Virus record (IMG/VR): IMGVR_UViG_3300021375_000010
Origin: an uncultured virus (IMG/VR IMGVR_UViG_3300021375_000010)
Taxonomy: Duplodnaviria > Heunggongvirae > Uroviricota > Caudoviricetes
DNA: 64,000 bases
Reading direction: 5' to 3' (one strand)
Made by a program: the position numbers and the translations under genes. Below, one piece after another: positions 58,055 through 64,000 of the stretch (position 1 is its first letter; each line of letters starts with the position of its first letter). Below the pieces are notes generated by a model. That model did no database searches. It saw nothing but the letters and a program-made list of their open reading frames with translations, and was not told where the DNA came from.

Positions 58055-59590
58055 ATGGATATATTTGGGTTTGAAATTACTCGTAAGAAAGACGAGTTAA
58101 GAGTCAAAGAGGCACCAAACGCTAAGTCGTTTGTACCTTCTCTAGAGGATGACGGTACCCCCGTCATTCAACAACAGAGTGGGTTCATTACAGGCGGAGC
58201 TTATGGTGCTTATGTTGACATGGAAGGCGGCATTAAGAATGAGGCAGAACTCATTCGAAGATATCGTGAAACATCTTTGGTGCCAGAATGTGATTCTGCA
58301 ATCGAAGATATTATTAATGAGTGTATCACGTCTGATAGTTCAGATAGAATCGTGACGCTCGACCTCAGAGATGTAAAACTCTCTGAAAGCATCAAGAAAA
58401 AGGTGCAAGACGAGTTTAGTCACATCTTATCTCTAATGAAGTTCAATCAGAACTCTCATGAATTATTCAGAAAATGGTACGTAGATGGAAGAATATACTT
58501 CCATAAAGTCGTTGATGGCAAGAGACCCAAACTTGGTATTGTTGACGTAAGAAATGTTGACCCTCTTAAAATTAAGAAGGTTAGAAACGTAGAAAAAGAA
58601 AAGGACAAGAAGACAGGAATAGACCAAATCAAGAAGATTGAGGAGTTCTATGTCTTCAATGATAAGGGTTTTGATAAATCCTCATCACAAGAAGGACATG
58701 TTGTAAAGATTGCACCTGAAGCAGTGACATACACTACTTCGGGATTATTAGATTACACTAAGAATGTTGTAATCGGTTATTTGCATAAAGCATTGAAGAC
58801 TGCAAATCAGTTATCAATGATGGAGGATGCACTTGTTATATACCGTATATCAAGGGCTCCCGAGAGAAGAATATTCTACATTGACGTAGGTAACCTTCCT
58901 AAAGCAAAAGCAGAACAGTACCTTGCAGAGGTAATGAACAAGTATAAAAATAAACTTGTTTACAATGCAGACACTGGTGAAATCAAAGATGACAGAAAAC
59001 ATATGAGTATGTTGGAAGATTTTTGGTTACCAAGAAGAGAGGGCGGAAGAGGAACAGAAATTAGTACACTTCCTGGCGGTCAGAACCTTGCTGACATAGA
59101 TGATATAGAATACTTCAAGAAGAAACTATATCAGTCACTAAACGTACCGTCAACTAGAATGGAAGCAGATAATGGATTCAATATGGGTCGTGCTTCAGAA
59201 ATTTCTAGAGATGAACTTAAGTTTAATAAGTTTACAAACAGATTGCAGAAGAAATTTGCTAGGGTGTTTGTAGATATGTTGAGAACACAATTAGTTCTCA
59301 AAGAAATAATGACAGTGGAAGAGTTCGATAAGAACAAAGACTTTCTACAATTTGATTTTGCAACGGACAACCACTTTACAGAGTTGAAAGATGCAGAGAT
59401 TATAAGAGAAAGACTTGATACACTAAGTCAGGCTTCAGAGTATGTTGGTAAGTATTACTCAGACGAATATGTCAGAAAGTATATACTAAGACAAACTGAA
59501 GAAGAAATAAAGGTCATTGATGCTCAAATCAAATCCGAAGGTGGAAGTGATGACGGCGAAGATGACGAAGATAATTTTGGAGGCTTTTAA
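58055..59590 (+). CDS. gp20: Portal protein gp20
   Basis: RAPERRIFYIDVGNLPK.KAEQY; LEDFWLPRREGGRGTEI. Confidence 0.97.
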   Translation: MDIFGFEITRKKDELRVKEAPNAKSFVPSLEDDGTPVIQQQSGFITGGAYGAYVDMEGGIKNEAELIRRYRETSLVPECDSAIEDIINECITSDSSDRIVTLDLRDVKLSESIKKKVQDEFSHILSLMKFNQNSHELFRKWYVDGRIYFHKVVDGKRPKLGIVDVRNVDPLKIKKVRNVEKEKDKKTGIDQIKKIEEFYVFNDKGFDKSSSQEGHVVKIAPEAVTYTTSGLLDYTKNVVIGYLHKALKTANQLSMMEDALVIYRISRAPERRIFYIDVGNLPKAKAEQYLAEVMNKYKNKLVYNADTGEIKDDRKHMSMLEDFWLPRREGGRGTEISTLPGGQNLADIDDIEYFKKKLYQSLNVPSTRMEADNGFNMGRASEISRDELKFNKFTNRLQKKFARVFVDMLRTQLVLKEIMTVEEFDKNKDFLQFDFATDNHFTELKDAEIIRERLDTLSQASEYVGKYYSDEYVRKYILRQTEEEIKVIDAQIKSEGGSDDGEDDEDNFGGF

Positions 59591-59593
59591 TAA

Positions 59594-59758
59594 ATGAGCG
59601 AAATAGCGAAAACAATCGTAGACCAAATACAAGATGGTCAGTTACAGGATGCAAAGGATTCTATCAATGATGGAATCAAACAAAAAGCTGCAGAAGTTGT
59701 GGACATGAAACGTGTAGAGATGCAAGTTGATTGGATGTCACAACCACAGGAAGGTTAG
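59594..59758 (+). CDS. Small prohead core protein (gp67 position)
   Basis: Hand-translated 54 aa MSEIAKTIVDQIQDGQLQDAKDSI...; synteny between gp20 and gp21. Confidence 0.6.
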   Translation: MSEIAKTIVDQIQDGQLQDAKDSINDGIKQKAAEVVDMKRVEMQVDWMSQPQEG

Positions 59759-59759
59759 T

Positions 59760-60059
59760 ATGAAAACCTTTTCATCAATCTCTAACGAGTTGAGGGAAGC
59801 GAAGTACACCATTCCTGCTGGATTCTTTCCTATGAGAAGGAATACATTGAGATTTTGTGGAGAGTCAGTTGATGTGGCATTTGTTGTCAGAAAAGGACTC
59901 ACACATATAGTTTTAAACGGCAACGTCTTAGAGGAGTCCTACGAAGACCTCAAGGTGGCTGAGAGAGAATTTAAACTTATCCGACATATGATGGAAGAGA
60001 TGGTGAAAGAGGATATACCTTTTGGAGAAATTATAAATGAAATTAATATCAGAGTTTAA
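59760..60059 (+). CDS. Prohead core protein (gp68 position)
   Basis: MKTFSSI..LREA start; synteny. Confidence 0.5.
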   Translation: MKTFSSISNELREAKYTIPAGFFPMRRNTLRFCGESVDVAFVVRKGLTHIVLNGNVLEESYEDLKVAEREFKLIRHMMEEMVKEDIPFGEIINEINIRV

Positions 60060-60690
60060 TGATTACAGTGTAACCCCTGTTATTATAGAACAGAACGAAA
60101 AGGGTGAGAAAGAATACTTTATTGAAGGTATTTTTATGCAATCTGAAATCAAAAACAGAAATGGTAGAGTATATCCTAAAGAAGTAATGCAAAAAGAAGT
60201 TAACCGTTACGTTAAGGAATTTGTTGCCAAGGATAGGGCATTCGGTGAGTTAGGACATCCCGAAGGGCCAACAATTAATTTAGACAAAGTGTCACACATG
60301 ATTACATCTTTAGAAGAAGATGGAAATAATTACGTGGGACGTGCAAAGATTTTAAGTACACCAAACGGTCAGATAGTAAGAAGTCTTATCAGTGACGGTG
60401 CTAAGTTGGGTGTTTCATCAAGAGGTTTGGGTTCGCTCGAACAGAAGGGTGGCGCTCAATACGTAAAAGACGATTTCCAACTTGCAACGGCAGGTGATAT
60501 CGTTGCAGACCCATCCGCTCCCGAAGCTTTCGTTGAAGGTATTTATGAAGGGGTAGAATGGGTAATGGAGAATGGTATATTGAAGGCAGTAGATATGGAA
60601 AGGATGCAAAATGAGTTAAAGACTGCATCACTAAATAATCTTGAAGAAACCAAACTTAATCTATGGAAAAAGTTTGTTAAAAACCTATAA
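60037..60690 (+). CDS. gp21: Prohead protease gp21
   Basis: NRNGRVYP; GELGHP; GVSSRGLGS; D.VADPSAPEA. Confidence 0.96.
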   Translation: MKLISEFNDYSVTPVIIEQNEKGEKEYFIEGIFMQSEIKNRNGRVYPKEVMQKEVNRYVKEFVAKDRAFGELGHPEGPTINLDKVSHMITSLEEDGNNYVGRAKILSTPNGQIVRSLISDGAKLGVSSRGLGSLEQKGGAQYVKDDFQLATAGDIVADPSAPEAFVEGIYEGVEWVMENGILKAVDMERMQNELKTASLNNLEETKLNLWKKFVKNL

Positions 60691-60692
60691 TA

Positions 60693-60700
60693 TATAAATA
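60693..60700 (+). promoter_or_regulatory. Late promoter TATAAATA
   Basis: Exact consensus upstream of gp22. Confidence 0.7.
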
Positions 60701-60728
60701 AAAAAGTAAACTCAAACAGGAGATAAAC

Positions 60729-62063
60729 ATGGCAGAGTTAGAAAATAACCTAGAAACAGTCTTAGAGGCAGGTCAGCCTGACGCTAAAGCTGAGAAGGGA
60801 GATTCAAAACCAGTCAAACAAGGTTCATCTGATGCCGAATCAATCGAGGCAGGCAAAGTTGAAGTCGTTAAACCTGAAGAAAATCCTGTTGACAAAGCAG
60901 TTGACTCAGTAAAGAAGGCGGAAAATGTTAAGGCAGTCAGTGGTGACGCCCCACAAAAGAATGCTAGTAAAGCTGATAGTCAACCTAAATTGCAAAAAGT
61001 TAAAGAAGAAGAAGAGTCAGAAGAGTCTACTCCTTCTAAAATGGAATCAATAAAAGCTATCGTCAACACTATGAAGGAAATGACAAAGGAAGAACTTCAA
61101 ACAGTCTGTAGTGGATTGACAGAAGAAGAAGTTGACGAAAGTTTGACAAAAGCAGAACAAGCTAGAAAGATTGTTGATACTTTAAAAGGTATGGACGAAG
61201 AGTCGGTCGCTGAAGTTTATGGCAAGATGAAGAAGAAAGAAGAAGTAGAAGAAGAAGTCGCTGAAACAGAAGTTGAAGTTGACGAAGAAGTTTCTGCTGA
61301 ACTAGAGTCTTCACTCGTTGAAATTGAAATAGATGACGACCTATCCGCAATTTCAGAAGCGCTAGAACTTTCTGAAGAAAATGCTGAGAAGGCAAAGACT
61401 ATCTTTAAGGCTGCTGTAACTTCAAAAGTTGCAGAAATTAAAGAATCACTTGAGTCACAGTACTCAGAAGAATTACAAACCACAGTAGAAAAAGTTAAAG
61501 GTGACCTTGCGGAATCCGTAGACAAGTATCTAACATATGTTGCAGAAGAGTGGACGAAAGAAAATGAACTTGCAATTGAACGTGGTTTGAGGTCGGAAAT
61601 GACTGAAAACTTTATTGAAGGTATGAAAACATTGTTCGTAGAACATTATGTTGACGTTCCTGAAGATAAGTATGATGTTATTGATGAACTCGCAAATCGT
61701 CTCGATGAGATGGAACAAAAACTTGACGGTGAAGTAAATAGAAATATGGATGTCACTGAAGAGTTGGATACACTCAAAAGAGCAAACGTGATAAGAGAGG
61801 CCTGCGAAGACCTATCCGAATCACAAAAAGAGAAACTAGTTTCACTTGCAGAAGGAGTAGACTTTAAGACTGAAGAAGATTTCGCTGAGAAAGTTTCAGA
61901 AGTTAAGAATGCATACTTCCCTGTAGATGGTGAAAAACTAGTTGAAGATACTGTTGTTGAAGAAGGTACTGGTGTTATCTCTGAGGAATCAGACGAACCA
62001 AGACTTGCACCTGAAATCGCAACATATGCTAACGCATTATCTAAACTAAAACCATTAGGTTAA
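60729..62063 (+). CDS. gp22: Prohead scaffold protein gp22
   Basis: Acidic; KAKTIFKAAV; VDKYL.YVAEEW..ENELAIE.GL; LFVEHY. Confidence 0.92.
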   Translation: MAELENNLETVLEAGQPDAKAEKGDSKPVKQGSSDAESIEAGKVEVVKPEENPVDKAVDSVKKAENVKAVSGDAPQKNASKADSQPKLQKVKEEEESEESTPSKMESIKAIVNTMKEMTKEELQTVCSGLTEEEVDESLTKAEQARKIVDTLKGMDEESVAEVYGKMKKKEEVEEEVAETEVEVDEEVSAELESSLVEIEIDDDLSAISEALELSEENAEKAKTIFKAAVTSKVAEIKESLESQYSEELQTTVEKVKGDLAESVDKYLTYVAEEWTKENELAIERGLRSEMTENFIEGMKTLFVEHYVDVPEDKYDVIDELANRLDEMEQKLDGEVNRNMDVTEELDTLKRANVIREACEDLSESQKEKLVSLAEGVDFKTEEDFAEKVSEVKNAYFPVDGEKLVEDTVVEEGTGVISEESDEPRLAPEIATYANALSKLKPLG

Positions 62064-62080
62064 TTTAAAGGAAAATAAAA

Positions 62081-63385
62081 ATGTTTCAATCAGAAAACTT
62101 ACAAGAAAAGTGGGCGCCAATTCTAGAGCACTCCGATTTACCAAAAATCGAAGACAACTACAAGAAAGCGGTTACTGCAGTAATTCTTGAAAACCAAGAA
62201 AAGGCTCTTAAAGAAGATAGAGCAACTCTTGAAGAAGCTGCACCTTTAAATGCTACTGGGGCACCTATTTCTAACTGGGATCCGATTTTGATTTCATTAG
62301 TAAGACGTGCTATGCCAAATCTCGTTGCTTACGACATTTGTGGCGTTCAACCAATGACTGGCCCAACTGGTCTGATTTTTGCTATGAAAGCAAGATATCA
62401 TGACGATGTAGACGCTGTTAGAACTGCAGAATCAGAAGCGCTTCACAACGAAGCAAGAACTGGTTACTCAGCAGCAGCACAAACTGCATCCACTTCAGTT
62501 GGTACAGACCATTCAGGCGACCCTTTCAACGGTTCATATGCTTCACAAACCTCTACTGGTATGTCAACAGCAAGTGCAGAAGCACTTGGTGATGCTGCTG
62601 GTAATCAGTTTGCTGAAATGTCATTCACTATTGAGAAGGCTACTGTAACTGCCAAATCCAGAGCATTAAAAGCTGAATATACACTAGAACTTGCACAAGA
62701 CCTTAAAGCAATTCACGGTCTTGACGCTGAGTCAGAACTCGCTAACATCCTATCATCTGAAATCCTTGCTGAAATCAACAGGGAAGTAATCAGAAGCGTA
62801 AACAACCAAGCAAAAACTGGTGCTCAAGGCACTGCTTCTGCTGGTACTTTCAACTTAGATGTTGACGCTAACGGTAGATGGTCAGTTGAAAAGTTCAAAG
62901 GTCTATTGTTCCAAATCGAAAGAGAATCAAACTTCATCGCTAAAGATACAAGAAGAGGAAAAGGTAACTTTATCCTTTGTTCATCTGATGTTGCTTCTGC
63001 TCTTTCAATGGCAGGTGTATTAGATTACACTCCTGCTTTATCAACAAACTTGTCTGTAGACGATACTGGTAATACTTTTGCTGGTGTTCTAAACGGAAGA
63101 GTTAAAGTCTATATCGACCCTTATGCAAGTGCCGATTACATGACTGTTGGTTACAGAGGTTCAAATCCTTATGACGCTGGTATGTTCTATTGCCCATACG
63201 TTCCATTACAAATGGTACGTGCTGTTGGTGAGAACACATTCCAACCAAAAATCGGATTTAAGACAAGATACGGTATGGTTTCAAACCCATTCGTTGACAC
63301 AGGTAACGTACAAGACAGAGATGGTCTTGCAACTGCTGGTCTTAACCAATACTACAGAAAAATGGCTGTTTCTAACATCCTATAA
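62081..63385 (+). CDS. gp23: Major capsid protein gp23
   Basis: GVQPMTGPTGLIFAM; KSRALKAEY; FYCPYVPL; FQPKIGFKTRYG. Confidence 0.98.
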   Translation: MFQSENLQEKWAPILEHSDLPKIEDNYKKAVTAVILENQEKALKEDRATLEEAAPLNATGAPISNWDPILISLVRRAMPNLVAYDICGVQPMTGPTGLIFAMKARYHDDVDAVRTAESEALHNEARTGYSAAAQTASTSVGTDHSGDPFNGSYASQTSTGMSTASAEALGDAAGNQFAEMSFTIEKATVTAKSRALKAEYTLELAQDLKAIHGLDAESELANILSSEILAEINREVIRSVNNQAKTGAQGTASAGTFNLDVDANGRWSVEKFKGLLFQIERESNFIAKDTRRGKGNFILCSSDVASALSMAGVLDYTPALSTNLSVDDTGNTFAGVLNGRVKVYIDPYASADYMTVGYRGSNPYDAGMFYCPYVPLQMVRAVGENTFQPKIGFKTRYGMVSNPFVDTGNVQDRDGLATAGLNQYYRKMAVSNIL

Positions 63386-63404
63386 ATCTGAAGTAATTGA
63401 TTTT

Positions 63405-63433
63405 AAAAGGTCTCTTCGGAGACCTTTTTTTTT
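63405..63433 (+). terminator. Rho-independent terminator with UUCG tetraloop
   Basis: AAAAGGTCTC-TTCG-GAGACCTTTTTTTTT. Confidence 0.92.
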
Positions 63434-63447
63434 ACCTAAATATAAGT

Positions 63448-63675
63448 ATGGAAAATAAATATTATAAAGATGTGAAGGTTTTGGAAGGCCCATGGGAAAG
63501 AGGAATCTTTGAAGACGGTGTTGAAAAAACACATCAAATACTCGCTAGACGAGTCGTGACGACATTCATAGCAGATGGATATCTGTGTGAAGAAGAAAAG
63601 ACTAGAACCTACAGAAATGATGGTGATTACCATGATACTACTGTTAACAAGAGGGTGATGAAGATAGATGACTGA
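63448..63675 (+). CDS. Hypothetical protein
   Basis: MENKYYKDVKVLEGPWE...; start after the terminator and a CTAAATA box. Confidence 0.6.
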   Translation: MENKYYKDVKVLEGPWERGIFEDGVEKTHQILARRVVTTFIADGYLCEEEKTRTYRNDGDYHDTTVNKRVMKIDD

Positions 63676-64000
63676 TATTAACAAATCAATATTAAACAAA
63701 AATAATTTTAGATTACTAATAGAGAAAGTTCCCACTGTTGAATACTATGTTCAGAGTGTTAGCATTCCTAGTTTATCGTTTGTTGAAGTAAGTGTACCAA
63801 CAAGGATTGGTGTTAATGCTTTCTTCCCAGGCGATAAAGTTGAGTTTGGTAATCTAAGTGTATCATTTATTGTAGACGAAGATGTGTCTAACTATAAAGA
63901 GATATATGATTGGATGGACAGTATCATTCCTATATCAGATACAGTAGACTTCAGTACTCTAACTGGTACTGAAAGAACTAATCTAGGACAATTGGCAGAT
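63668..64000 (+). CDS. gp3: Tail completion / tube terminator gp3 (truncated by the window end)
   Basis: Hand-translated MTDINKSILNKNNFRLLIEKVPTVEYYVQSVSIP..GDKVEFGNLSVSFIVDED..NYKEIYDWM. Confidence 0.85.
   Translation, partial: MTDINKSILNKNNFRLLIEKVPTVEYYVQSVSIPSLSFVEVSVPTRIGVNAFFPGDKVEFGNLSVSFIVDEDVSNYKEIYDWMDSIIPISDTVDFSTLTGTERTNLGQLAD

Noticed and set aside
53854..63385. Introns, inteins or homing endonucleases in terminase, portal or capsid genes
   Set aside because: The genes are continuous and of normal length, with no intein or endonuclease motifs seen

Overview
A 64-kb segment of a T4-like myovirus genome. It is AT-rich, resembles marine/aquatic T4-like phages, and its bS21 points tentatively to a gammaproteobacterial host. 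Gene order: end of the replication/late-transcription block (gp33, gp59, gp32); a small translation-related island (structured RNA, ribosomal protein bS21, ArfA-like peptide); a minus-strand block (tape-measure-like gene, gp51-like/gp26, gp54, gp2, gp4); baseplate genes (gp48, 53, hub, 5, 25, 6, 7, 8); a large fibre/appendage region; a glycosyltransferase/2OG-Fe(II) oxygenase cluster; then gp13-23 and the start of gp3. The most striking unexplained feature is two pairs of Q/P/Y-rich repeat proteins (31428/33040 and 41556/44048). In the second pair the two 526-aa repeat tracts are an exact mirror image in unit length and follow a unit-to-unit complementarity rule (PYIANA opposite PFTYQN; QQPYPYIAN opposite RQPxTYARQG). 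This suggests an antiparallel, sequence-coded two-chain 'protein zipper' appendage encoded next to candidate modifying enzymes. Other notable signals are a probable -1 frameshift joining gp26 to a gp51-like ORF, a GGA-rich multi-hairpin RNA upstream of bS21, and an unannotated ArfA-like ORF. All family assignments come from recognising motifs and synteny by eye; no database searches were run.
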